From NCBI RefSeq assembly GCF_963921235.1, contig NC_086108.1:23746001-23810000 (forward strand): a stretch of DNA of 64,000 nucleotides, written 5' to 3'. The notes under the pieces were generated by a model. That model was given only the letters and a program-made list of their open reading frames with translations, ran no database searches and had not been told where the DNA came from. The DNA comes from Mobula hypostoma. Taxonomy: Eukaryota. Position numbers and translations under genes: made by a program. Below are positions 13,123 to 25,950 of the stretch, piece by piece; the stretch's first letter is position 1; every line of letters begins with the position of its first letter.

Positions 13123-14996
13123 CAGCAACTACGAAGATAAATGGAGGGGTGGACATTTTGGGTTGAAACCCTTAATGATTGGTCAGAATGAGTTAGAATT
13201 TAGAGGGCAGAAAAGAAGACTGGCCTCAAAAGTATCAACAAATCTAAACGCTCTCTAATGTTTGATTAGACCATTTAGTTTGTGGGTAATGTCAATTTAC
13301 CCTCAAATTTCAGGCCATGTTAGCAGATGAACAAAACAATCATATTCTTTTCTGAATAGTCTTCGTTTGAGTGGTCATTATTATTTCAACAAAGAAATAT
13401 TAAGTGGTTCCAAGATTGCACTGAGCTGATATTAGTGGAACAAAATGACTTTGTGGTACTGCTTTCGTTTCAATTACTGTCAGTCCATAAATCAGAAGAA
13501 GCCATTACAGATCGACTCGTAGCACTTAGTGTGATTAATACAGTCACATAACTGGAAAGTACATAAAATATTGAAATGCAATCTTCCAGAGATCATTACT
13601 GTTAAAATACCAGGCAATACAATAACCCTGCTCAAGAGATAAAACTGTCACAGATGTACACTGTCAGGTATGTTGATCCTGGAAGTGGGGAAAATTCTTA
13701 GTGTTCAGGCATCCATCTTATGACCAAACTACTTGAGAGCTGGACAACCCTTGAGCAAGAAAGAGTGCTTCTGATGTCATCACCTCAGTTAATTTGAATG
13801 TAATCATTCACCTGGCCGTTGGTTGTACGTCAGTGGGACATTACCAGGCATGGTTCATCACTGTCAGCAGGGGAGGAGGGTGCAGGAGAGAAAGGTTAAT
13901 CACTGGGGGAGGGGCTGAAGGAGGGGACATTACAGTGTCCACCAGTGTGCACACACTTTACTTGTCTCTACCAATCCATGTGATAGAAAATCCCACTTCC
14001 TTGTCACAGCCTTGACTAAATACACATTTTCTTATAAGTTTTCTATTTGTACTCCCTGACACACGATGACATTTTCCAAACACTCCATCCCCAGTAAATT
14101 GCATTATAATTTCAAAGTCATCTTATCCTTCATTTTTCTGTGGGAAAGGTACCCCTTCCTAATTTGTTGTCCACTGGACTGTCGGACTGTCATTGTCACT
14201 GGTTCAGTTACCTATGAAAGGGTCATTTACCTCTCTGTTATCCACGCCACTCAATGGGATTTCTCCTTCTATCCAATGCTGAAGGTATGTTTCAGTTTCC
14301 CTAGTTCGTCCTCTCCTAGATCACTTCTACATTCTCTTCAGTATTTCTGCTTCATCTTAGCTTTATTTTAAGACATTTTTTGGCTTAGCTTTATGCCTTA
14401 GCTACAACTAGGTCCCAGCTCCCTATGTCCCCAAACAAATACTTTTATTTATCCATACATCTAAGTAAATGAAGAGCTAGTCTGTGCACTGAGCACAAAA
14501 AAAGTATCTTCTTAAGTTCGTTTCACTGGATTTTATCCATGTGTACCCTCCTTGATTTCTTCAAGCAAAAGAATAACATTGCCGTATCCTTAAGGTAGCC
14601 TTTAATGTCCAAACAAATTTAATAAACACCAGAAAAGTGCTAGTACATAATATTACTTTAAATAGTTGCTAAGGTTGGCTAAACTGAAAATAGTGGCTTG
14701 CTAATACAATGTGAAACTAGAAATAAATTCCCATGTAGTAATTCTTTACTTGTTCCCATTGTTTGCTGAAGTTAATTGGCTTGATTAGATATATTTTTGT
14801 AAGTTATGAACTCCCCAATTGAACACGATGTCAATAAATACCCCCAAGGCCAGGAGTAAGCAGATTCAAATAACTCTGTTTATTTTTTTGTTGAAGCTAG
14901 TCATCAATTTGAACAAATCCCCTTAGATGCTTGTGCTCATTTGAATGTTCATTCATCAGAATTGGGCGCAGACAAGCTAAATGAAATCTGTTATAG

Positions 14997-15040
14997 CAAG
15001 GGATCCCAACCTGGGGTTCATGGAGGGTTGGGAACCCCTG
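14997..15040. mobile_element. 44-bp hAT (Charlie-like) mini-MITE
   Basis: 15-bp TIRs caagggatcccaacc / ggttgggaacccctg, with a perfect 8-bp TSD tgttatag at 14989-14996 and 15041-15048. Confidence 0.8.
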
Positions 15041-16830
15041 TGTTATAGCCATCAAATTAAGGAAGACTTAATGAGGGAAACCTTGTAGGCAAAATCAGAG
15101 AAATAAACTACATAAATTATATGATAAATATTTGGCAGTGTTTTCATTTCAGTCAATAAACCTCCCTGTATTAGCTTGAGTTCTTCCCGGAACTTGCTTC
15201 CCATAACCAGTCAGCGCCCTGTCCAGCATCAGTTCCAACCTTTCCACATCTTTTTCCTGTATCATTCTGGTCCTGGTCTACTTGAACTTTACATTCACAA
15301 TACCTCAATCCTGAGTTCTTCACCACTGCATTAAATCATTTAGCAACTTAATCTGAGTTCTGTTATTGCTTACCCTTGTATGATCTGTATGAACGGCATG
15401 CAAAAGAATTATTATGCCTTGATACATGTGACAATAATAAAGCATTTGACCAATTTCACCTCATCCTGCTTCCAATTCTCCAACTGAGTTCATCCAGCAT
15501 ATTGTTTATAGCCCTACTTTCCCACCTTTTTGCAATGCTCTATCTCTCCCCACACACCTCCGACTCTCATCTTTTGTGCAATTGTCAAAACCAATTTCAC
15601 AATTAGTGAGAAAACCTATGGCCGCCATGATCCTATTCTCCAAAATTTCATTCCAAAAAATTTTGAACTTTTCAAAATTCTCTTTCTTCCTCATAGGCAC
15701 TTGGTGCCTCTTTACCAACAGGTGCTGTTTTCCATATATTTTGAGACATTGTTTTGATAACAAGAGTAACACGAGTAATTCCCCATACACCTAAGTCTTG
15801 TTTTCATTGTTGTCAACACACCATCCCTTTCCCTTCCTCTCACTGCTTACTCTTCTAGCTCTCCTTGTGTTGCTGAGCTGCATTTAATGCCCTCCTGTCT
15901 TCTGAGTCTCTGCACTTTCCCACCTTCTCTGGGACTGCAACTGTCCTGACACTGCTCTGACTCATGCACAACCAGCCCCACCCCACCCCTGCTCCTTCAG
16001 TGCTGCCAAAGAGTTAAACCAGCTGCTCTAATTCCTTGGGCTTTCAGAACACGCTGAGCAAGGCTTTGGGTCTGCATGTTCTCCAACTCACCAGGGCACT
16101 CATCTAAAGCACCACATCATCAGTTTTAGTCCCCTGCACCACTGGCATGCATTATAAATTGCCAGATGCTGGTGTAACACTAACTAAATCCTGATTGTTG
16201 CTATATTAAGTACAGGAAGTTAGTATCAGCAGAACTGCAGTGTTCCGTTCTAGTTGTCTCTAATACAAGTAAATAATTAATATTTCTTCCATAACTGCAG
16301 TTTGGTTCAGTTCAAAGTTTAATTATGATTCAATCATACAAGAATATAGTTAAAGGATTCTGTGTTCCTCTTGGGCCAAAGGTGCAAAACAATCTCCCAA
16401 CAGCACACAGCACACTGCACATAGCACAAACAACCCTTCTGGTTATGATAGCAGAATTAAGGATAAGAAATAAATAATAAAGCCCTGGTCCCTGAGTGGC
16501 ATAGCCTGTAGATTGTTGGAAAGTTGTCCTGATCCCACTTGTTCTTCCACCAAGCAAACATGGAGAACAGCACCGACGAGGGGCTCCCAACCCCGGTACG
16601 GATTCTAGTGTGCCTACACCGGCCCCTGATCGCTCCCACATCGCCTCCCTTAAGTGGTTGCAAATCAGCTCCATGGCACTAACTTGTAAAGAGACGCCCA
16701 TCTTCCTTGCTTTACACTTTAGCATAAGACTACAGTTTACATTGCACATTTAATAAAGTGAATTAAACACAGGAAACTATTGGAATGTGCACAAACTTCA
16801 CATAAAAGCTATTAAAGAATAGATACTCAC

Positions 16831-16964
16831 GTCGGCTGAGGCAGAGGAGCACAGTTTGGTAGGCCATCAACACTGAAGGTTGTAGAGTCACATCTACACC
16901 AGTCATCAATGACATCACCGCCTCCTGAGCACCAGAGTAGGCTCAACATTGCTTCAAAGATTGC
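16831..16964 (-). CDS. ASTN1: Astrotactin-1 coding exon (Cys-rich EGF-like segment), 134 nt, phase 0 to 2
   Basis: cttatcctctt[46 protein letters not shown]|GTgagt. Contains the astrotactin motif WCSG.GDVI.DWCRCD. The terminal 'ac' plus the first 't' of the next exon gives Thr in frame. Confidence 0.95.
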
Positions 16965-17294
16965 CTAAGAGGATAAGATCATGTTAGACACTGTGCAGTG
17001 CATGGTCCATAAACAGAACTTAGAATAGTACAGCATTGGACAGGCTATTTAGCACACAACGTAATGCTGATCTTAATGCCAATTTATACTAAATGCATTC
17101 CTCCTATGTATCATTCATATTCTCCATTCCGTTCATATCCATGCATCCATCTAAAACCTTCTTAAATGCCACCAAACTACCTACTTTCACTACTATCCTT
17201 GGTAACTTATTCCTGGCACCTACCACTCTCTCAGTAAAAAAAACCTGCCACTCACATCAACTTTAACTTGCCCCTCCCCCCACCTTAAAAGCAT

Positions 17295-18742
17295 GGGTGT
17301 TCACCAATATCTTGTTTCGACAATCTGAGGTACCCACTTGGTTCAGAGCAGGCTTCAATTATACTGGTGTGCAAGAAGAATGCTGGAACCTGCCTCAATG
17401 ACTGTCATCCAGTAGTACTTACGTCCACTGTGATGAAGTACTTGGAGAACTTGGTGATGAAACATATCAACTCCTGCCTGAGAAGTTACTTGGATGCACT
17501 CCACTTTGCCTAACTTCACAACAGGTCCACAGCAGATGCCACTTCATTGGCTTTTCATTCAACCCTGGAACATCTGAATTACTAAGATGCATACATCAGG
17601 ATGCTCTTTATTAATTACTGCTTGGCTTTTGATACATCATCCCCTCAAAACTAATCAATAAGCTCCTAGACCTTGGTCGCAATAATTCCTTGTGCAACTG
17701 GATCCTTGATTTCCTCATTTGCAGATTGGCCACAACATCTCCTCCACACTTTATACTTATGATGAGGCTAAGCACAGCTCCAATGCAATATTTAAATTTG
17801 CTGACAACACCACTGTCATAGGCCAAATCAACGGTGGTGACAGATCAGCATATGAGAGGAAGATTGAAAATCTGGATGAATGGTGCCACAACAACATCTC
17901 ATACAATGTCAGTAAGACTTAGGAGCTGATTATTGACTTCAGGAGAAGGAAACCAGAGGTCCATGAGCCAGTCCTCATTGGGGGAATCAGAGGTGAAGAG
18001 AGTCAGCAACTTTAAATTCCTTGGTGTTATCATTTCAGAGGATTTGCCCTGGGTCCAGCATGTAAGTACAATTATGAAGAAATCATGCCAGTGCCACTAC
18101 TTCCTTAGAAGTTTGCGAAAATTTGGTATGTCATCTAAAGCTTTGATAAACCAATAGATGTGTGGTGGAGAATATATTGACTGGTTGTGTCATGGCCTGG
18201 TATGGAAACATCAACATCCTTGAACGGAAAATCCTATAATAAGTAGTGGCCCAGTCCATCATGGCTAAATATTTCCTTATCATTGAGTGCATCTACAAAA
18301 AAAGCCATCATAGGAAAGCAGCATTCATCATCAAGGACCCCCACCACAGAGGTCATGCTCTCTTCTTGTTGCTGCCATCAGGAATAATATATAAGACCCT
18401 CAGAGCTCACACCACCAAGTTCAGGAACAGTTATTATCCCTCAACTATTAGGCTTTTGAACCAGAGGGGATAACTTAACTTGCCCCATCATTGACCTGTT
18501 CCCAGAACCTATAGACTCACTTTCAAGGACTCTTGATCTCATATTCCTAACATTTATTGCTCATTTACTTATTATTATTATATCTACACCAGTTGTTGCT
18601 TTTGCACACTGATTGTTTGTCTGTCCTGTTGGGTGCAGTCTTTCATTGATTCTCTTGTGTTTCTTGGATTTACTGTGTATGCCTGCAAGAAAATACGCCT
18701 CAGGGCTGTGTATGGTGACATATAAGTACTTTGATAATAAAC
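17295..18742 (+). mobile_element. Rex1/Babar LINE, 5'-truncated
   Basis: IFKFADNTTVIGQI, FKFLGVIISEDL and HALFLLLPSG...FRNSYYPSTIRLLN, with a gtactttgataataaa tail. Confidence 0.88.
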
Positions 18743-19625
18743 CAGCTGTGAAGTGATCTGAAAAATGGCAAATGGAATTTAAAGCAGACCGGGGACCAAC
18801 CAAGGTAGGTCTTACACGGTGGATGGTAGGGCACTGAGGAGAGCAGAAGAACAAGTGGATCTGGGAATACAGGTCTATAATTCCTTGAAAGTGGCGTCAC
18901 AGCTAGATAGGGTCATAAAGAAAGCTTTTGGCATATAGCCTTCATAAATCAGTGTATTGAGTACTGGAACACAAATGCTGGAGGAACTCAGCAGGCCTGG
19001 TAGCACCTAGGAAAAGAGTATAGTCGACATACAGGAGTTGGGATGTTATGCTGAAATTGTACAAGACATTGGTGAGGCCTAATCTGGAGTACTGTCTCCA
19101 GTTTTGTTCATCTACCTCCAAGAAAAATGTCAATAAGACTGAAAGACTACAGAGCAAATTTACAAGGATGTTGCTGTGACTTGAGGACCTGAGTTAAATA
19201 GAAAAGTTGAATAAGTTTGGACTTTATTCCCTGGAATATGGAAGATTGATGGGAGATTTGATAGAAGTATACAAAATTATGAGGGGTATAGACAGAGTAA
19301 ACGCAAGCAGGCTTTTTCCAGTGAAGTTGGGGGAGACTAGAACTAGAGGTCATAGGTTAAGAGTGAAAGGTAAAATGTTTAAGAGGAATGTAAGGAGGAA
19401 CATCTACATTCAGAGGGTGGTGAGAGTCTGGAATGAGCTGCCAGCATAAGTGGTGATGGTGGAGTCGATTTCAACACTGAAGAGAAATTTGGATAGGTAT
19501 ATGAACGCAAGAGGTATGGAAGCCTATGGTCCAGGTGCAGGTTGATGGGACTGGGCAGATTTATGGCTTAGCACATACTAGATGGGCTACATGGTCTGTT
19601 TTGTGCTGTAGTGTTCTACCACTCT
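18743..19625 (+). mobile_element. CR1 3' fragment (contains a small PLE-derived insert at about 18969-19029)
   Basis: GLYSLEYGRLMGDLIEVYKIMRGIDRV...QRVVRVWNELP. Confidence 0.85.
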
Positions 19626-19649
19626 ATGTTTACATTGAACTTTGGCTGT

Positions 19650-20480
19650 CCTCTGGTGTTTGACATTTCTGCCCCATAGAAGAATTTTTGACTGTCTATT
19701 GATGCTGCTCATAATTATACAAATCCCTATCAGTACTCCGTTCGGCCTCCAACACTCTAGGGAGAACAACCCAAGTTAATCCAACCTTTCCTAATATCTT
19801 GCACTCTCTGTTCCATGCAACATCCTGGTAAACCTCTTCTGCACTCTCTCCATAGACTCCACATCCTTTTCATAATGGGGCTACTGCAACTGTATGCAAT
19901 AATCCAAGTGTGGTCTGACTAAAGTTTTATATAGCTGGAGCATGTTTTCCTCACTATTAAACTCAATATCCCTACCAAAGAAGGCAAACTCAGGGGTCTA
20001 TGGACCCCTTGTTTAATGATATAGGTCCATGGCATAAAAACGGTTGGATAACCTACACCTTATTTATTCTCCTTATCCACTTGAAAGCCACACTCAGTGA
20101 ATCATGGACTGAGATACCAAGATCCCTCTGTATCTCAATGCTATTCAGGGGTCTATCGTTACTTCCTCCTTTCATTTGATCTTCCAAAATGTAACACCTC
20201 ACATTATACCCAGTTAAAGTGCATCTGCCACATCTCTTCCCATATCTGTTACTGATCGAAACACTGTTGTATTATTTTATATACTTTACCCTGTTCAAAA
20301 CTCCATCAATCTTGGAGTCTACCACAGACTTGCTAATCCATCTATTTTATTCCAAATCTTTGATATAATTCTCAAACAACTGAGGTCCTTTCAGACAACA
20401 ACCTGTCATTGCCCTCCAGTCAGTCTAACAGTATAGTCTGTACTTTCGCTCTTCTCTATGGGCAAGCCAGTTCCTAATCC
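19650..20480 (-). mobile_element. Old CR1 RT fragment containing a hAT-MITE remnant (about 19991-20055)
   Basis: Reverse-strand remnants of the CR1 RT C-terminus. The inserted caggggtctatggacccc...ggttggataacc resembles the MITE at 14997. Confidence 0.6.
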
Positions 20481-22439
20481 ATATTTTAAAAAATAGGTTT
20501 TAAAAAAAATTAACACATACAGTGAAATGGACTGTATGTGATTGAAGGTCTATATCCTCCATCATGCTGAACCCATCACCTGATGCTTATTTTGAGCAGT
20601 GCCTATGCAAATGAATCTCTTAACGTAATGCTCGACTTCAACATCTGTGTTACAGAGTTACTCTATTGCTGAGAATGACTTTCAAGTTAGTATTTTTTTG
20701 TGAAAACCTGACCCAGGAGAGCATTTCACGTATTAATCATTGAATCCTTATTAATATAAATCTGATCTTGTACCATCCATCAGTTATCCTCATTCATCTT
20801 CATGACCATTCTAAACTAAATATATTTCCAGCACTTTACAAGGTTGGTAATGAATTACTTTTGCTGAGAGTTTATAGCACACAATAATGAAAAAATGGCA
20901 GTGTGAGAAAATGCTTTTAGCTTGATAACAGACTACCACTTTAGTAGCCTGCTCAAACAAGCCCTTGTTTTATCAACATGAATATGATGAAAAATCAAAA
21001 AGGAGGATCTGCTTGAGAGGCATAGAGATCTGAAGGTTTGAGCACTCCTCCAAGATTCCCCTTCTCAACTTCGCACACCCAAGCCTATTTTTACTGAGAA
21101 GTAAACAATCTTTTCATCATGGTATTCCAACCACATGAAATAGCTGAGGTTTCATGAGCAGATTGCTCTCTTGTGATACCATCATGTGGCCTTAGGTAAC
21201 AAGGCTAAATTTCATTTGTTGGGAGTTCAGTATAAAGGAGGGTGATAAGCATCTCCCCGAGATTGCCTTGTCATCTTTCATGGCTGATCCATCCCAGACC
21301 TCCTTTTTCTCAGATCCCCATTGCCCCTAACCCCAGAATCTTTCAAAAGTTTATCAGCTTCAACTATTTCTAATGATCTAGCTTTTACAATTCTCTTGGG
21401 TAGGGAATTCTAGAGGTTCACTATCATCTGTGAAATGCAGTTTTTATGCATCTTTTACCTGAAACTATGTGCCCACATTGAGACTCTCCCACCACTGAAA
21501 ACATCTTGACATCTATCCTGTCATGCACCCTTAGTATCACATACATTGCAATGAGATCACCTCACATTCTTCTAAACTGTGGGAAATACAGATCCAAACT
21601 ACTTAACCTCTCTCTCTTGGGAGTAGAGCAGAAATGGATCTGTGGTGAGGTCCCATGTTGCTTTTGTACACTTTTCTTGGTGTGCAAAATTAGGAGGAAC
21701 CTGAAACAGTGAAAACAGCAAGGTTGTGTTTCCCATTATAGATGATCCAAAAGGCAAGGGCATGGATTGGTAGAAATATCAGAAGGTAGATGAGGAACCA
21801 GACTCTGGGCCAGATGAGGAGCCAGACAGTGCTCTGGAACTCACTGCTTGATAGGATAGTAGAGGCAAAAAGCCCACCAACCTTACATGGTATGTGTGCT
21901 TGAAGAACTTAAACTTGTTGGTGCATGGACCTAGTGTTGGAAATGCTACTTCAAGCAACACGACATGATGGGCTGAGTGTCTTCTTTCTGTCTTGTAAAT
22001 TTTCTCTCATTCTAATAAGTTGGCTTTGTACTCAGCCTGTCAATGGAAAATCTTTGGTGGGAGGACAAGAGAAGGAGATAACAAGATGTAATGTCTTAAG
22101 GCAATATTTTATCCTATTCCAATCTACTCTCTGGCTTTTTAACACCAAGCTTCAATTTTATGCCTGTGTAACACTTTCCTTTAGTACTAAAGTTCCACTG
22201 TGAATTTAAAGATGTTTGCATTTGCAATTTTGGTTTTGCAGGGCTCTCATTTGATAAGTGGATTTAACTGTTTGGGTACTACACTTTTTCCAATAATTCA
22301 TCTTATGATTAACCTTTGCTTTTTAAACCATTTTTACACAGTTGTGCGTCATTCAGCGTGTATTTATCTACTTCTTAAAGTCTCACAACAGTGCCACGTC
22401 CTGACAGGTGAGCTGTATCCTGAAAGCTTGACAACTTAC

Positions 22440-22708
22440 CTTTTGTGTTTCATTATCACTAAGCAGTTCATAAAGTGGTGCTGCCTTGGTGACTTCCAGC
22501 AACACAGGTTCTTCTTGCATATTCTGACCCCCTTTTGGATGACACAAGTGACAGGAGGTTGGGCAACCTCCCCTGTTTTCACAGTACATTCTCACTCCAG
22601 ATGCCATGAGCTCATCACCAGAATCAAGAAGGCTACCAATGTAGGCTGGAAAAGTTAAAGATTTTGGATCCTTTTCATGCTCTTCTGACTCATCAGATGG
22701 AGAATTGC
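22440..22708 (-). CDS. ASTN1: Astrotactin-1 coding exon (C-terminal part of MACPF region), 269 nt, phase 1 to 0
   Basis: tttatttgtacAG|gc-[89 protein letters not shown]|GTaagt. Lies inside ORF 22383..22835 and matches recalled ASTN1 [24 protein letters not shown]...[16 protein letters not shown]. Confidence 0.96.
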
Positions 22709-23004
22709 CTGTACAAATAAATAGATGATATTTTAGCACAAGGCATAAGTAGACATAATCAGCAAGTGCCTTTAGAACCCAACGAAGTGTGTAATTTGTA
22801 CAATTAATAACACAGAACCAAAACAAGCTAATCATCTATTAGCCTATTATCTACACTAAACCCATTTACCCACATTAGTTCCATCGCCTTCAAAGCTCTG
22901 ATGATTCACTTCAACAGGAGGGATGAAAAACTGAACAAGAATAATTAGTGACCAAATTACCACATCGCAAATTCAATTCCAAGAGTATTCAGTTCTGATC
23001 ACCA

Positions 23005-23485
23005 CTTTATAGGAAGGATTTAGAGAGGCTGCGAAGGAGATTTACCAGGATGCTGTCTGGATTAGGGAGCATGTCTTCTGAGAAGAAGTTGATCGAGCTA
23101 GAACGTTTCACTTTGGAGTAAAAGAGGGTGAGAAGTGAATGGACAGAGGTAAATAAGATAATACACAGATCAAATGCATAGTGAGACACTATGCCCAGGA
23201 CAGAAATGGCCAAACAAGAGGGCATAATTTTAATGAGATTGGAGGAATGTATAGGGGAGTGGGTAATGTCAGTGCAAGCCTTTATGCAGAGGGTGATGAG
23301 TGCCAGGGGTGGTGGTAGATGCAGATACATTAGGATGATTTGTAAAACTCTTAAATAGGTACATGGATGGTAGAATAATGGAGGGCTATGTGGGAGGGAA
23401 GGAACAGATTGACCTTAGAGTAGGTTAAAATGTTGGCACAATATTGTGGGCCGTAGGGCCTGTATTGTAGTGCTCTATGTTCTAG
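23005..23485 (+). mobile_element. CR1 3' end fragment
   Basis: ggagatttaccaggatgctg...gtgggccgtagggcctgtattgtagtgctctatgttcta, the CR1 3' end seen in the other copies. Confidence 0.8.
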
Positions 23486-23654
23486 GAGACAAGATTGTGT
23501 CTTATACGTCAATATCCCAGCATGTAATTCTCTTATGTGTGGTGATACATCAGGGAAGAAGATTGATTTGCAAGCCTTGCAGAGATATCATAAAGTATTT
23601 TGCATTCAATGACTACTTGCCCTAACTTCAAACTCTGAGCTTCCCTATCTGCTC

Positions 23655-23776
23655 CACTCCCACAGTATTGCACTGGAGTGCGAGACTAGACTTTTGTGCC
23701 CAAGTTGCTGGAGAAGCCTTTGACTAAAACCCTCTTGACTCAAAAGCAAGAGTAATACTGACTTACCAAGAGCTGA
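23655..23776 (-). mobile_element. Decayed tRNA-headed DeuSINE (SacSINE1-like) head
   Basis: cagtattgcactggagtgcgagactagacttttgtgcccaag...ttgactcaaaagcaagagt resembles the recalled reverse complement of the shark DeuSINE head. Confidence 0.4.
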
Positions 23777-25950
23777 TGATGACACCAAAAAGGTTTTAAA
23801 CATTAAATTCATATTTAACTTTCTTAGTTATCGCAACACATTGCTAAGAACCTTCAACCTCTAAAGTCAACTCCCTTGACATTGATAGATTTTCTATCCA
23901 ATCATAAACACAAGTTGAACCAGAACCAAGCAAAAATATTAAGTGTTGTCCACCTTAAGACTGAAACAACAGAACCTGATGGTCAAGGAACACACACTCC
24001 ATTCCCATCATTTTCCACACTGCCCACTTGCACACGTAACTCAGCCCCATATTTCCTTTTTACAATGGTTCCCATCCACTGTTCCCTTTTAGCTGCATAG
24101 GTATGCAGATGGACAGTCGCTGAAATGCTCCTGCGCACTTAACCTTTGTTGCTGCGCAATTGGGTTGCTGCTGTTAGCAGACTTCACGCCAAGTACCAGT
24201 GATAATAAACCTGATTCTGATGTTAATTTAAAGTGCCATGCAGTTTTCAGACTGTGTAAAAAAATTCCTGCTCAGAACATTGGTAGGTCCGCACAGCTAT
24301 GAAAAAAATAGAGGGAACGTTAATCTCATCCTACACCCTTTATAAGTTTCAACATTCAAAACACATCCACCCATGGAAGTCACGAATGAAAAAAATCAAC
24401 CTGAAACAAAGCTCTATTTTCTCTGTACAGATTGCTGCTCATGTGTTTCAGTAATTTATGCTTTTATTTCAAATGTCCAGAATCAAAAGTTGTTTCAATC
24501 CTTTCAGCCACCCAAATTCTACCCATCAAGCATCTCTGACCTAATGCGCAGTTGCCTCGTTTAGCAATATAATTAGATTTAATTTCTCATTTTCAACTTC
24601 ATTTCTGCAACAGTTACTGTGCATCGATTTATATTCATTAAGTTTCTCAGCACTTCTTTACTATGTAACATAAATCATTATTGCTTAGTCTAGTTCAGCC
24701 TTAGTCAGCACGAGGTAATAATACTCCCAAGGGATTAACTGAAACACCTCATTGATAAGGAGTTATCAAATAATCTAATCTCATGGTAAACTATACCTCT
24801 CTTTCTCTCTCTCTACATTGCTGAGAAATAACACTATGATGCATTTAAAATTAGTATAGTCATAACAGACACGGAGAGTGAACAGAATCTTTGATATTGC
24901 TGCATGTGATGGTTTTGGAGTAGCTTTAAACTTCCTGCTAACTTAGAAGGATTCTCTCTGCAATAATTATATTCAAAATACTTAACTGTAAATGAATACT
25001 TCTGTCCTCTTATTTAGAACAGACTGTTATTAATCTGTCTGAAGTCTATTTTGATTTTACAAGTAGATTACTGTTTCAGTTAGTTTGACAAACCTGTCAT
25101 TTTGGAAAACAATAGAACCTAATGTGAGTCAGACCATGTCCACTGACTGTAGCTGCAACTGAGTGCGCAGATACAACTTTCTTTGCACATTAAACATCGT
25201 TGACTGTTGGGTGCTTGTCATCAATTACGCTTGCTGATTTGACTCTAGCACACTACATAGACACACAGTATACTATATAATACAACTATCATATAGACAG
25301 AGTGACTTTTAAATTGTTCCTTTCAGGCCTAATGATATAATCACCGCAGTGGCTTTGTTACTCTTGTGGTATAATGTCTTTCCTGACGGAGGCAGTGTGT
25401 GGGGGGGGGGGTGCATGGTCAGTCTGACTGGCAGGTGACACTTGCAGCTGTGAAACAATCTCAGGTTCTGCAGCCCCCTCCATGGTGATTGTAGGAGTTG
25501 ACCCTGTGACTGCAGGAAGTGGTTCTGACAGCCCTGGATACCTTTCTTTTGTAACAATTGACTCTGCTCACTTCAGCTGATCAATGTGCCATCTCCAGGT
25601 GTCATCAGACCTAATATCCACTGTATAGGAGAGTGGCCCAGTTCTGTCCTTAACCTTGCCAAGTACTCACTTTTATTCACCTCTGTAGCCCCTCAGCAGG
25701 ACTTCTTGTCCAGGAGTGAAACATTGTTTGAGGAGCTCTCAATTTGTCTCAGCTGTTTGTCCTGCATACTCCTGAGAGAGCTTTTGAGGAGATCCAAGAG
25801 TGAGTGGAAGAGACGATCCAGAGACAGCATAACATGTGAGTTATTTGGTTGTAGAATGTGCTGCACAGCAATATGCAAGGAGGAAATTGCCAAGATTCTT
25901 ATTCAGTGTAATGTACCCTGCTGACATTGCTCACAGTGCATCCTTTAGAC

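Noticed and set aside
21100..21150. Minus-strand MWLEYHDEK resembling ASTN1 LWLEYEDISK
   Set aside because: It is in the wrong order relative to the other exons and has an in-frame stop a few codons upstream; a chance match.
22383..22835. 150-aa ORF as a standalone gene
   Set aside because: Only 22440-22708 is astrotactin-like and splice-bounded; the rest is intron read-through.
25025..25257. Possible 3' LTR of the large Gypsy element (tgtta...acactaca)
   Set aside because: No convincing internal similarity to the LTR at 37028-37268 and no clear polypurine tract.
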